Assembly: GCA_963785995.1 (NCBI GenBank)
Contig: CAWAXL010000012.1
Location: forward strand, 1,556 to 65,555
Direction of reading: 5' to 3'
Length of the DNA: 64,000 nucleotides
Origin: an uncultured Alphaproteobacteria bacterium
GTDB lineage: Bacteria > Pseudomonadota > Alphaproteobacteria > Rhizobiales > Beijerinckiaceae
The notes beneath the pieces were generated by a model. That model saw only the letters and a program-made list of their open reading frames with translations. It was not told the origin of the DNA and did not search any database. Below, piece by piece: positions 45,523-56,075 of the stretch; position 1 is the first letter of the stretch; each line of letters opens with the position of its first letter. Made by a program: the position numbers and the translations under genes.

Positions 45523-46278
45523 ATGTCGCGTTATGATTTCACCGCGCACCGGCTTTATGTCAACGTTCCCCTCGCTCAGGCGGCGCGGTTCGATCTCGAC
45601 CACACACAAGCAAATTATGTCCGCAATGTGTTGCGCCTGACCGAAGGCGCCGCAATTCGCGTCTTCAACGGGCGGGACGGCGAATGGGAAACGACCATTG
45701 CTGCTTCCAATCGGAAGGCCGTCACGCTCGTCGCCCGCCAGATGACGCGGCCGCAAGAGAGACATCCGGATCTTCATTATCTTTTCGCGCCGCTGAAACA
45801 GGCGCGCCAGGATTACATGATCCAGAAAGCTGTCGAAATGGGGGCAGGCCTCCTGCGCCCCGTGTTCACCCACCAAACCCAGGTCCAGCGGGTTAATCTC
45901 GACCGCATGCGGGCCAATGCGATCGAAGCCGCCGAACAATGTGGAATCCTCGTAATTCCCGAAATTGCACCGGCGATCCGGCTGGACGCGCTCCTGCGAG
46001 ACTGGAACAACGAGCGCCTGCTTATCTTCTGCGACGAGGATGCGCCAGTGCAAGATCCTTGCGTCGGTTTACGCCCGTTTGCCGACCCTGAGCGTCCCCG
46101 ACCCGTCGCCCTTCTGGTCGGCCCGGAAGGCGGCTTCGACCGCCAGGAACGCGACGCGCTCCTCGCCTTGCCGAGCATCGTGCGGGTGTCTCTCGGTCCC
46201 CGCATTTTGCGGGCCGATACGGCCGCCGTCGCCGCGCTTGCTTTGGTTCAGGCTGTGCTCGGCGATTGGGCCGGATAA
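45523..46278 (+). CDS. rsmE: 16S rRNA m3U1498 methyltransferase
   Basis: QKAVEMG, EAAEQC, VGPEGGF, LGPRILRADTA. Confidence 0.96.
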   Translation: MSRYDFTAHRLYVNVPLAQAARFDLDHTQANYVRNVLRLTEGAAIRVFNGRDGEWETTIAASNRKAVTLVARQMTRPQERHPDLHYLFAPLKQARQDYMIQKAVEMGAGLLRPVFTHQTQVQRVNLDRMRANAIEAAEQCGILVIPEIAPAIRLDALLRDWNNERLLIFCDEDAPVQDPCVGLRPFADPERPRPVALLVGPEGGFDRQERDALLALPSIVRVSLGPRILRADTAAVAALALVQAVLGDWAG

Positions 46279-46359
46279 ATATTAACGCATCATTATATCG
46301 CCTCATTGTAGGGTCAAAAAATTCCACGACAAAAGTTAAACGATTCTTTTGGGCATCGA

Positions 46360-46695
46360 ATGATTTTCCGAGATACTTTGGCCTTGATAGGCTGTTGCGC
46401 CGCCGCGGTTTGCTTCACCTTCGGCAAGCCCGCGCGGGCCAATGATGTCCAGTCCGGACAGGGCACGCTTTCGCGATCGAGTGAGTCATGCGTCACCTCC
46501 GGCGCTGGCACTGTGAGCTGCGAGCGTATCGGCGGCCACGTCCGGGTCGACCTCAACACGCGGATCGTGAGCGCGCCGACCTACGGTCGGCCAGGAGCGT
46601 CACCGGTTGCGGTTCGTATCGACGAGGGCGATCAGCCGCGCAGACATCTTCGTTTGCCGGCCGAGCAAATCGGCATCAATCCCTTCGGTCGTTGA
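46360..46695 (+). CDS. Small secreted hypothetical protein
   Basis: Signal peptide; C...GTVSCERIGGHVRV resembles N-termini of rhizobial porin-type proteins (from memory). Confidence 0.6.
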   Translation: MIFRDTLALIGCCAAAVCFTFGKPARANDVQSGQGTLSRSSESCVTSGAGTVSCERIGGHVRVDLNTRIVSAPTYGRPGASPVAVRIDEGDQPRRHLRLPAEQIGINPFGR

Positions 46696-46746
46696 ATTGC
46701 ATTGGCTGCTCTCAGCAGTCAAACGGGCTGACTACGAGGTCACGGA

Positions 46747-47244
46747 TTATTTTACGCCGCCGAGTTTTTTCAAGGCAGCGAAGGGATCCTTCGTAGCGTA
46801 ACCGCACGCGTTCGCCGCCAGCGGACGCGTCTTACCCTCGGACAGCCAAAGATCCTGGACCTTGCCCGATTGGTCGTCCGTTTCACGCCAGCATATCTGC
46901 GCGGACCCAGTCGAGGTGTCGAAGAACACCGTCATTTGGTTGCCGCCGCAATCGTGAGACTTGCACGACCAAACCGCGAAGTGCCCCGTTCCGTCGCTGG
47001 CAACCGGCCCATCGGCTCCATGCATTTCCTTCTCCGAAATTGCAAAATAGCGGTCGCCCATGCCGACGCGCATCGCCGCCAGAACGCCGGGCTGTTCCCA
47101 AAACGACTTTCCATTGACGAGTATGTCGGAAGGATATTTGCCGTTCCATTGCCCGAGCATCGAAAGATCGGCGGCCTTTGCAGGACCAAAATAAACGCCC
47201 GCAAGAAACACGGTCGATAAAATACCAAGGGCAAACTTCTTCAT
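46747..47244 (-). CDS. Ivy-like (lysozyme inhibitor) periplasmic protein
   Basis: Signal peptide ending AKA; CKSHDC versus the Ivy loop CKPHDC. Confidence 0.7.
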   Translation of the reverse strand: MKKFALGILSTVFLAGVYFGPAKAADLSMLGQWNGKYPSDILVNGKSFWEQPGVLAAMRVGMGDRYFAISEKEMHGADGPVASDGTGHFAVWSCKSHDCGGNQMTVFFDTSTGSAQICWRETDDQSGKVQDLWLSEGKTRPLAANACGYATKDPFAALKKLGGVK

Positions 47245-47291
47245 CCGGATTCCTCCCACTGCCCTCGCATTACCGCGTCGCGGGCGCGCCT

Positions 47292-48675
47292 TCAATAGAC
47301 GCATTCTTCGAAGGCCGGTTCGATGCTGCCCGCCCATTGGGTCTTGAATTTTTTGATCAGCCGTTCGGCTTCGCTATCTCCCGCAGCGACCGCATCAAGG
47401 GGATCGAGGAAACAGGTTTCATCAGTGCCCTGCGCGTCGCACCGGTTGCGTTTAGCGAGCCCCGCGCGCGCAAGACCGAGAATTTCGCGCGCAACCTCCC
47501 GCAGCGGCCGCCCTGAGACCGTCGCCTCGAGCCCCAAGCGCGGGACATCGGCGCGCAATTTTTCACGTGTCTCGGCACTCCAAAGCTTCACGACGTCCCA
47601 CGCCGCGTCGAGCACGGAGGGTTCGTAAAGCAGTCCGGCGAACAAAGCCGGCAGCGCTAAAAGGAATGGCCGGGGGCCGGCGTCGGCACCGCGCATTTCA
47701 AGATAACGTTTGAGCCTGACTTCCGGGAAAATCGTCGAAAGATGATTTGCCCAGTCGGCGATCGTTGCGCGCTCTCCCGGAAGCTCAGACAGTCTGCCTG
47801 CGAGCAGATCACTAAAATGAGCGCCCGCCACATCGTGGTAGATCTCGCCACGCTTGACAAAATACATCGGCACGGACAGCGCATAATCGACATAGCGCTC
47901 GAATGACATTCCCTCTTCGAACGCGAAAGGCAAAAGTCCCGTCCGGGCAGAATCCGTGTGGCGCCAAATCTCCGAGCGCGCCGAGAGAAATCCGTTGAGC
48001 CTGCCTTCCGTGAAAGGCGAATTGGCGAACAGTGCCGTTGTGAGGGGCTGCAAGGCCAATGAGACGCGCAGCTTTTTCACCATGTCGGCTTCGCTCGAAA
48101 AATCGAGATTGGCCTGCACCGTCGCGGTCCGAAGCATCATTTCAAGGCCTCGCGATCCGACCTTCGGCATATATTTTATCATGATCGCGTAACGCTGCTT
48201 CGGCATCAGCGGCGTTTCGTCGAGGCGCCATTTCGGGCTCATGCCGAGCGCGAGAAAACCGATTCCATGCGGCGCGGCAATGGCCGCGAGCGAGGACAAA
48301 TGCTCATCGAGTTCGATTTTTGTTTGGTGCAGGGAATTCGAAGGGCGCGCCGGAAAGTTCGAACTGCCCGCCGGGTTCAAGCGAGATCGCGGCGCCTCCT
48401 TTTTCGTCGTAAAGCCCGATGATTCGCGCCCCGTCATTGACGGGCGCCCAGCCGAGCTTTGTTCGCATTCCCTCCAGAAGTGCGCGGATACCGCCCTGTC
48501 CACGCTCCGGCAAGCCGTCATAGGGGACCGGAGAATGATCCCCGCGATAGAACGGAATTTTCTCATACTCCGTGCCGATCCGAAATTGCTCGGCAGGCTT
48601 GGCTCCGACTTCGATCCAAGCGACCAGTTCATCGCGCGACGTGATAGGGGTCGTATCGGAAACGTCGCGAGCCAT
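47292..48675 (-). CDS. gshA: Glutamate-cysteine ligase (one frameshift)
   Basis: IGTEYEK, SLEPGGQFELSGAP, TVQANLDF, FANSPF, FPEVRLKRYLEMRGAD. Confidence 0.95.
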
Positions 48676-48970
48676 TGCCACACTTTCGTTTGCGCCGTCA
48701 TCATAAGGTTTGCCGCACCTTGGCGCGGCCGGCGGCGTCGCCAAGCTACATAAGCGGGCGCGCGCCAAGGCGCAATGCGAGTGCTGGGCCAGATGGGGGA
48801 TGCCTAGGAGGGACGGTCACCGAATTGCTTACCAAGGAAACCGCTAGTTCGATCGACAAAGTCTCGTATAAAAGACAACAGTTACAGCAGCTTTTGTCGA
48901 AAAACTTTGTCAACTTTGTCGCAGCCCGCTACGAGATGGGCTTTTTGCCGTCCTGTCTTCGCGGTCGGCG

Positions 48971-50323
48971 TTACATAACTTTGACGCCTTTCGCGAGCCG
49001 GTCCGTGATTAAATAGGCCGCCACAACCGCGCCCACGCCAAACAGAGCAGAGCCGACGATCAACCCGGCATAGCCACCCTCGGGTCCAAAACGTGCGGCG
49101 CCGATTGTCACAAAAAGCATCGTACCTAGCGTCGCACGGCCCCAGTTGAAAAGCATCGAGAGAAGCGGATAGCCCAAATTGTTGAAAGCGGCGTTGGCAA
49201 CGAAGATAGCGCCCAGGAACAACCAGAGCGCGCCGGCATAGGCGCACGCGAAAGTCACAAGCTCTGCAGTGTCGCCCGTTACATCAAAAAGCTTGACGAT
49301 CAAAGGCGCGCAGAAACGCAGGATGATGGAAACGACGATCACATAAAGCGCCGAGAAGGCGAAGCAATCGGTCAGCACTTTGCGGACCCGCGGGATCAGT
49401 TTTGCGCCCAGATTCTGGCCCATGATCGGCCCCACCGAACCGGACAAAGCAAAGAGCACTCCAAAGGCCATCGGATTGATGCGGTCGATAATGGCAAAGG
49501 CGGCAACGATCCCTTCGCCGAAATGCGAAAAAACCCGCATCGAATAGGCATTCGCGAATGGCGTTGCCAAATTGGTCAGAATTGCTGGAACGGCGATTCC
49601 CATCATTGCCGGCCAATCGCGAATCACAGGGGCGCGATCCGGACGCGCAACAAGATTGTGCTTGAGGACGGCTCCGTGCAGTCCGACCGCGACAAGCACA
49701 AACCGCGATATAAGCGTGACGATGGCGGCGCCATAGACGCCAAGGCCGAGACCAAAAATAAATATTGGATCGAGCGCGGCTGTAACGATGGCGCCCGAAA
49801 GAGTCACGAACATCGAGCGCCGCGCGTCGCCAGCCGCCCGCAATATGCTGGCGAGCGCCATGCCGAGACCTAGAAAAACTGTTGCCGGAAGGGTGATTGC
49901 AAGAAAGCTCGAAGCAACGTCGAGGGTTTCGCTGGTCGCCCCAATGAGAGTAAGAATCTCCCGCCGCAAGGGCCATGCCACGCAACTGACCGCGCCTGCG
50001 ATGAGCACGACATGCACCAGTCCAGATGCCGCAAGTCTTCTGGCGTCGCCGCCATCGCCGGCACCGATCGCGCGCGAGACCAAAGCGCCGATCGCAATCG
50101 AAAGCCCGATGTTGATCGACACCGAGAAAAACAAGACCTGGGTCGCGAAGCCGACAGCAGCGGTGAGTTTCGGATCGCCGAGCCGCGACACATAAAGGAG
50201 CGACAAGAGATCGACCGCAAAAATCGCCATGAGCCCGACCGACGTGGCCGCCGTCATGACAAGGACGTGCCGCATGGTAGAGCCTTCGGTGAAGACCGCC
50301 CTTGGGATGGCTCCGGAACTCAA
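48971..50323 (-). CDS. MATE-family efflux transporter
   Basis: About 12 TM; LRAAGDARRSM, LDPIFIFGLGLG, GQNLGA. Confidence 0.92.
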   Translation of the reverse strand: MSSGAIPRAVFTEGSTMRHVLVMTAATSVGLMAIFAVDLLSLLYVSRLGDPKLTAAVGFATQVLFFSVSINIGLSIAIGALVSRAIGAGDGGDARRLAASGLVHVVLIAGAVSCVAWPLRREILTLIGATSETLDVASSFLAITLPATVFLGLGMALASILRAAGDARRSMFVTLSGAIVTAALDPIFIFGLGLGVYGAAIVTLISRFVLVAVGLHGAVLKHNLVARPDRAPVIRDWPAMMGIAVPAILTNLATPFANAYSMRVFSHFGEGIVAAFAIIDRINPMAFGVLFALSGSVGPIMGQNLGAKLIPRVRKVLTDCFAFSALYVIVVSIILRFCAPLIVKLFDVTGDTAELVTFACAYAGALWLFLGAIFVANAAFNNLGYPLLSMLFNWGRATLGTMLFVTIGAARFGPEGGYAGLIVGSALFGVGAVVAAYLITDRLAKGVKVM

Positions 50324-50503
50324 ATAATAGGTTTCCTTATTTTCTGAGCTTGGCTCTGCTGGATGATTGCCCGGATGCGCGCCGCAAGCTGCTCCGCAAC
50401 GCAGACCCTATGTCGGCGGAGCGGCGGGTCATAGCAGAGGCAGATGGTTTGGTCGATACTGGGCCGGTCAACGCTCGGCCGTATGCACGGCCCTTTCAAC
50501 CCA

Positions 50504-51115
50504 TCAAATTTTTGTGGCGGTCCAACTGACCATATCGTGCATGACTCCCCCGAGCGCCGCATCGAGCGCTGCGGCAACATCCGCCGGGGTGTCGGAGGGC
50601 ACGGCGATACGAGCGGAGAAATCCTTCGCGGCACGGCTTCGCCCGCTCGGTTCGATTAGTTGCGCTGAAATTTCGACCACGGCCTCGGATTGCGCAACAT
50701 CCAGTTCAAAACGGCGAATGATCGTATGGAGGCTGTAATCCGCGAGCATGCCAGGGCGGCCAACCGCGCGCAGCAACCGGGCATTTTGAAAGCTTTCGAT
50801 CAACCGCGCTTGAACAAGCGCCGGCAATCGATCCGCCCAACGTGCACCGGTCAGATAGGCGACCGCCTCTGAGCTTGTGCGCACGACGATCCGGTCGGAG
50901 TCGGCCGGCAGAATGGCGTTGGGTTCCCAAATGGCGAGTTGGCTGCGGCCGGCGCGAATGGCATTGTCGCCGCCCGCGGGATTGAGATCAAAGGTGGCTT
51001 TTGGCGGGGTAGAACATGCGGCCAATCCGATGGTCAGGACGATGACCCAAAGCCGACGACACTGCGCCAAAATGGGTTTCCCGGCGAATTCAAGGGCAGG
51101 ATAACCCGGCTCCAT
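50504..51115 (-). CDS. ABC transport auxiliary lipoprotein (PqiC-like)
   Basis: Lipobox LAAC; WADRLPALVQARLIESF. Confidence 0.88.
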   Translation of the reverse strand: MEPGYPALEFAGKPILAQCRRLWVIVLTIGLAACSTPPKATFDLNPAGGDNAIRAGRSQLAIWEPNAILPADSDRIVVRTSSEAVAYLTGARWADRLPALVQARLIESFQNARLLRAVGRPGMLADYSLHTIIRRFELDVAQSEAVVEISAQLIEPSGRSRAAKDFSARIAVPSDTPADVAAALDAALGGVMHDMVSWTATKI

Positions 51116-51280
51116 CTTAACGGACCATTCCCAACTCAACACACACAACCGATGCCGAACGCCAACCTCTCATCGGACGATTATAAGCCACCCGCCTTTT
51201 CAGGGACTGAACGAGCTATTCCGTTGCGGCAAGCAACAGTCCGGCAATTCAAGAAAGCCATGCAAATGGGTCAAGATTCG

Positions 51281-52205
51281 TTAACGCCTGCCCGAATATT
51301 CTGGAATTTGCGGCGATTTGCCGAACAGGAATTGTTGCGGGTTGTTCTCGATGGAGCGAACGGCCTGATTGATCTGTTCAAGCGTCTTGCGGCCATCCAC
51401 CGCCAAGGCTTCATACTGACGCAAGCCGGTGCCGGTAAAATGGTTAATATTGGCGGCGATCTCTTTGGTTCGCGAATCCAGATTGTCGGCGGCCTTTTTG
51501 ATCGATCTCGCCGCGGCGGCAATATCGCCCAAGGGGCCGCCATTATTCCCGTCCGACGGCCCTAAAGCGCCGCTAAGGCTCGTCAGAACCTCATTGACCT
51601 TATCGGCCGCCTTGTCGAGCTTTGCCGCCAGCGAGGCGACATCCTTGACAATCGTCCTGACATCATCCGGGTTGATCGCCTTCATGACGTCATTTGTTTC
51701 GCCCGCCAGCCCATCCACTTTGCCCAAAACGTCGGAGGCTTGACCGGAAATCCGGCGGGCCGAACTCGATCAGATCCTGGAAGTCCGACCGTTCGGCGAT
51801 GATCACACCGGGCCCCTTATCGGGGCCCGCTCCAAGCGGCGGCGATTTCTCGGTACCGCCGAGGAGCGCGATTGAGGCCACGCCCGTCAGGCCGGTCGAT
51901 TCGAGACGCGCCCTAGTGTCGACGCGAACCGGCACCCGCGCATCGATCTCGACAAGAGCATAGACATGGGATGGATCTTGCGGTTCGAAGTCGAGACTGG
52001 TCACGTCGCCGACGCGCACGCCATTGAACAGAACCGGGGCGCCGCGCAGCAATCCGGTCACCGATCCGGTAAAGACAATTTTATAAGTATGCTGGCCATA
52101 GGATTTGTCGCCGCTGCCCGAAAACCACATCACGAAGGCGAACGCCGAGGCAATGACGGCCAAGGTGAAGACGCCGATCAAGGCATAATTCGCGCGGGTT
52201 TCCAT
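51281..52205 (-). CDS. MlaD/MCE-family protein (one frameshift)
   Basis: METRANYALIGVF, SVTGL..GAPVLFNGVRVGDV, NPQQFLFG. Confidence 0.92.
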
Positions 52206-52246
52206 GTGTCGAGGAGTCCTGCTTTACTTTTCTGCGCTGGCGGCGA

Positions 52247-53131
52247 TCACGAAGGATCGTTCGAAATGGCGAGGACATCACCTGCCATGGCGGTGTCGTC
52301 CATAGTTTTTGCTGCCGTCTGAACAAACTGGCGGGCCCTTTTGCCATGGAAATAGGCGCGCAACCAGGGGTGTTGCGAGGCCAGCATGCTCGCAATCGTT
52401 CCAGCGGCGATCACCTTTCCCTCGGCCAGCGCGGCAACCCGGTCGCAAATGGAGTAAAGACTATCCAAATCATGCGTGACCATAAAGACGGTGAGACCCA
52501 GCGTATGCTGCAAGGTGGCGATCAACTCGTCGAATTCGGCGGCGCCGATCGGGTCGAGGCCGGATGTCGGCTCATCAAGAAACAACAGCTCCGGATCCAG
52601 CGCCAGAGCCCGCGCGAGAGCCGCCCGCTTGATCATGCCGCCGGACAGTTCGGAAGGGTATTTGTTCGCCGCGTCGAGATCAAGACCGACAAGCTGGATC
52701 TTAAGCATAGCAAGTTCATCGGCGAAGCGCGGCGATAAATTCAAATGTTCGCGCAGGGGCACTTCGACGTTCTGCTTCACCGTGAGGCCGGAAAACAGGG
52801 CGCCCTGCTGAAACATCACGCCGATGCGCCGCTCGATTTTGTCATATTCGCGGCGCGATATGCGATTGAGATCAGCGCCGAAAAGCTCGATCAGGCCGCT
52901 TTGCTTGCGGATAAGCCCCAAAATGGCCCGGGTCAGGACCGATTTGCCGGTGCCGGAACCGCCGACAAAGCCGAGCACCTCGCCGCGGAAAACGTCGAGA
53001 TCGAGGCCCTGCATGACCAGATTGCCGTCGAAACCGACGACGAGATCGCGCACGCGGATAACGATTTCCCGGCCGGCCTCGTCGCCCGAGATCGGTTCAG
53101 GAGCCTCCTGCGAGAGATGCTCGTCGGTCAA
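52247..53131 (-). CDS. MlaF-like ABC ATPase
   Basis: GGSGTGKS, ELSGGMIKR, FLDEPTSGLDP. Confidence 0.95.
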   Translation of the reverse strand: MTDEHLSQEAPEPISGDEAGREIVIRVRDLVVGFDGNLVMQGLDLDVFRGEVLGFVGGSGTGKSVLTRAILGLIRKQSGLIELFGADLNRISRREYDKIERRIGVMFQQGALFSGLTVKQNVEVPLREHLNLSPRFADELAMLKIQLVGLDLDAANKYPSELSGGMIKRAALARALALDPELLFLDEPTSGLDPIGAAEFDELIATLQHTLGLTVFMVTHDLDSLYSICDRVAALAEGKVIAAGTIASMLASQHPWLRAYFHGKRARQFVQTAAKTMDDTAMAGDVLAISNDPS

Positions 53132-54267
53132 AACTTAATCCCTGCGAAAAATACCGCGAAAAGTCCATCAACCACGATAACCATGAAGATTGATTTGACG
53201 ACCGACGCCGTAACCTGCCGACCCAGCAATTCAGCCGAGCCCGAAACGGCCAAGCCTTCGACGGAGGCGATCAGGCCGATCACCAGCCCCATGAACGGGG
53301 CCTTGATCAGACCGCTCAAAAAAGTATGCACGGCAATCGCCGACGGCAGCAAGGCGACAAAACTTCTGGGCGTTATTCCGGCATAGATCCAGCTGACCAG
53401 AATGCCGCCCCCGATTGCCGACATATCCGCGACGAAGGTCAAGAGCGGCAGTGAGATCACCAGCGCGAGCAGCCTCGGCACGATGAGGACTTCGACCGGT
53501 CGAAGTCCCATGACCGCGAGGGCGTCAATTTCCTCGCGCATTTTCATCGAGCCGATTTCCGCCGTGATGGCCGACCCCGAACGGCCGGCGATCATGATGG
53601 CGGTCAAAAGAACACCGAGTTCGCGCAGAATCAGAATGCCGATGAGGTCAACCACCAAAATCGTGGCGCCGAACCGCCGCAGCTGGAAGATGCCCTGCTG
53701 CGCGACAATGGCGCCGACCAGAAAATTGATCAATACGATGATCGGGACGCTCCGGAACGCAATGGTTTCGAGGTGGGATACCAGCGACGTTCCACGAAAA
53801 TGGGAGGGCTGAACCAGGCTTTTCGCCATCGAAGCCACGACTTCGCCGAGAAAGCTGACGGCTCTGAAAAGGTCGCGTCCCGCCGCGACCACGCTTTCGC
53901 CGACATCGGCGCACAGCTCGATGACGAAGGCTCCACGCCGCCGCTGCGAAAGGTCAAAACTCCGATAATGGGCCTCTTCAAGAAGAATTTTATACTCGGG
54001 CCTGATCGACTCTAACTTCGCATCGACGCCTTTCGCATCCAGCGTCTGCCGGGCCCGGTCAATGAGCCAAGCGCCGGCAGTATCGAGCCGTGCGACACCG
54101 CCAAGGTCGAAAATGACGTGTCTTGCGCCATCGCCCTCCGCGAGAAGGGCGTCGGAAGCGGCTTCTATCGCGGCCGATGCGTCGACCGTCCAGCGCCCGG
54201 CAAGGTTCAGCCTCAGCGCATCACCCGATCGCGCGCTGGAAATCTTTGGGCCGTCCGGCAAGTCCAT
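53128..54267 (-). CDS. MlaE-like ABC permease with STAS domain
   Basis: RLDTAGAW, RELGVLLTAIMIAGRSGS, EEIDAL. Confidence 0.95.
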   Translation of the reverse strand: MDLPDGPKISSARSGDALRLNLAGRWTVDASAAIEAASDALLAEGDGARHVIFDLGGVARLDTAGAWLIDRARQTLDAKGVDAKLESIRPEYKILLEEAHYRSFDLSQRRRGAFVIELCADVGESVVAAGRDLFRAVSFLGEVVASMAKSLVQPSHFRGTSLVSHLETIAFRSVPIIVLINFLVGAIVAQQGIFQLRRFGATILVVDLIGILILRELGVLLTAIMIAGRSGSAITAEIGSMKMREEIDALAVMGLRPVEVLIVPRLLALVISLPLLTFVADMSAIGGGILVSWIYAGITPRSFVALLPSAIAVHTFLSGLIKAPFMGLVIGLIASVEGLAVSGSAELLGRQVTASVVKSIFMVIVVDGLFAVFFAGIKF

Positions 54268-54548
54268 CCTTCGAATCCGTTTGAATGACGCCACGTACGC
54301 GCCTGCAGAAGCGATGCTGTTTCACGGTTTGGTCTGGCAGGCGCTTGCGGCGAAGTCGAGGCAAACCGATCAACGTGCCACCTTTAGGCCAGAATCCGCG
54401 ACGCCTAGCAATCGGTCGTTATTGACATTTGTTGACACTGCATCGTTGCGCGAAAGTCACGTCTGGCGACAATACTCGGCCCAACCTGCGCCGTTAACGA
54501 ATCCGGCTTGACTCTCTGCTGGGAACGCTCGCACGTTCGCAAATATAG

Positions 54549-54980
54549 TTGCTAACCATCGTAGCAAAGGCGCAGCAAGTGCGGGCGGTTGGCCTTACCC
54601 TTCCCAAATATCGAGGCTGGACGCGAGCGTCCCGGTATGGGCTCGCTCTTATCGTTTGCCTTGTCCAATTGTGGATGCCCGCACACCACCACAGATTGGA
54701 CACGGCGGCCGCCAACGCGGAAACGTCGGACGTTCGTTGCTCGCAATTTGGCGTCCATCCGGCCTCGGATCGCAACGGCGACCCCGCACCATGTGATCAC
54801 GACGATTGTGCTTGTTGCCCTCCCGTCATCGACACGATCGCCCTTTTACCAGAGGAGCCTGTCGGCGTTGCCTATCTGCCGCGCCTTGCAACGGTCATCG
54901 CGCCGCTTGCTCTTTTTGCCCCGCTTGCCAACTCCGAACACATTCCCGGACAACCGCGAGCGCCTCCGACCCTGATCTGA
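54549..54980 (+). CDS. DUF2946 (CruR/CutF-like) leader protein; start uncertain
   Basis: Hydrophobic N-terminus, HHH, CACC (CxxC), C-terminal PRAPP. Confidence 0.8.
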   Translation: MLTIVAKAQQVRAVGLTLPKYRGWTRASRYGLALIVCLVQLWMPAHHHRLDTAAANAETSDVRCSQFGVHPASDRNGDPAPCDHDDCACCPPVIDTIALLPEEPVGVAYLPRLATVIAPLALFAPLANSEHIPGQPRAPPTLI

Positions 54981-55049
54981 CCGACGCACAACCGCCCGGC
55001 ACCGCAGGCTTCCTTCGGTGCCTGCAGCTTCCCCGTTTCAGATCGAGGT
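54969..55049 (+). promoter_or_regulatory. Predicted SD-sequestering stem-loop between DUF2946 and the next gene
   Basis: 54969-54980 pairs with 55038-55049 (11 of 12, one G-U) including GAGG; inner hairpin GGCACCG/CGGTGCC. Confidence 0.65.
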
Positions 55050-55054
55050 TCATC

Positions 55055-56065
55055 ATGTCCTTTAAAGCTTCCTCGGCTGGCGTCGGCCTATTCGCCGCCG
55101 CAGCCATTCTCGTCGGCATCGGCCCGGCGTTCTCCCACACGATCGTCGGCAACCGGCTGTTCCCCGCCACGCTTGGCATCGACGATCCTGGTGTCAACGA
55201 CGAACTAGCACTTCCCGCTTTCGCCTATGTGCCAAATCCGGATGGCTCGCTCCAGTACGACTTTGCTCTCGAATGGCAAAAGACGATTACCCCGGATCTC
55301 TCATTTTCAGTCGGGAGTACTTTTACCCATCTCGTTAACACGTTGAAATCGGATGGGAATTTCGGCACGCTGAACGGATGGCAGAACTTGGAAACGGCAT
55401 TAAAATACCAGCTCTTCGTCAGTCCGGAGCATGAATTCATTATTTCGATCGGGGGCAGTGTCGAGTGGGGCCGCACCGGCAACGCAAGCGTCGGCGCCGA
55501 ACCCTTTTCCGCCCTTTCGGCAAGCCTCTTCGTCGGCAAAGGCTTTGGCGATTTGGATGTCGAGTGGCTGCGTCCTTTCGCGGTTACCGGCCAAATAGAC
55601 TATACTCGGTCGACCCACCCGCTCGTTTTTGGTTTCGATCCGGTTGAGGGTGTCACGATGGACCGGTCGCCCTCGGTTGTGACCTATGGCGCGACGCTGC
55701 AATATAGTTTGCTTTATATGAATTCCTTTGTGCACGAGGTCCCGGAATTCTTCCGGCAGCTCATTCCTACAGTCGAAGCCGTCTTCCAGACCCCGGTTTC
55801 GAATATCGGCCCCTCGGTCATTGGGGATATCCCTGGAACGCATGAAACCACCGGTACGGTGCAGCCTGGGATATTTTATATCGGCAGACTGGGGCCGTTG
55901 TCGTTTGAACTCGGCGCAGAGGCGTTAATCCCAATTAACCGGGCAAGCGGCAGACATGTCGGCGCCGTCGCCATCTTGGATTTCTTCCTCGACGACATGT
56001 TCCCAGACACGCTCGGGAAGCCGATTTTCGGCGCTCGCCCACCCCGTGCCCCCGGGGTCTATTGA
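55055..56065 (+). CDS. Putative copper-associated outer-membrane beta-barrel protein
   Basis: Signal peptide ending AFS with His at +1; GNRLFPATLGIDDPGVNDEL; alternating aromatic strands; directly upstream of copCD. Confidence 0.75.
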   Translation: MSFKASSAGVGLFAAAAILVGIGPAFSHTIVGNRLFPATLGIDDPGVNDELALPAFAYVPNPDGSLQYDFALEWQKTITPDLSFSVGSTFTHLVNTLKSDGNFGTLNGWQNLETALKYQLFVSPEHEFIISIGGSVEWGRTGNASVGAEPFSALSASLFVGKGFGDLDVEWLRPFAVTGQIDYTRSTHPLVFGFDPVEGVTMDRSPSVVTYGATLQYSLLYMNSFVHEVPEFFRQLIPTVEAVFQTPVSNIGPSVIGDIPGTHETTGTVQPGIFYIGRLGPLSFELGAEALIPINRASGRHVGAVAILDFFLDDMFPDTLGKPIFGARPPRAPGVY

Positions 56066-56075
56066 GGAGGACGTC

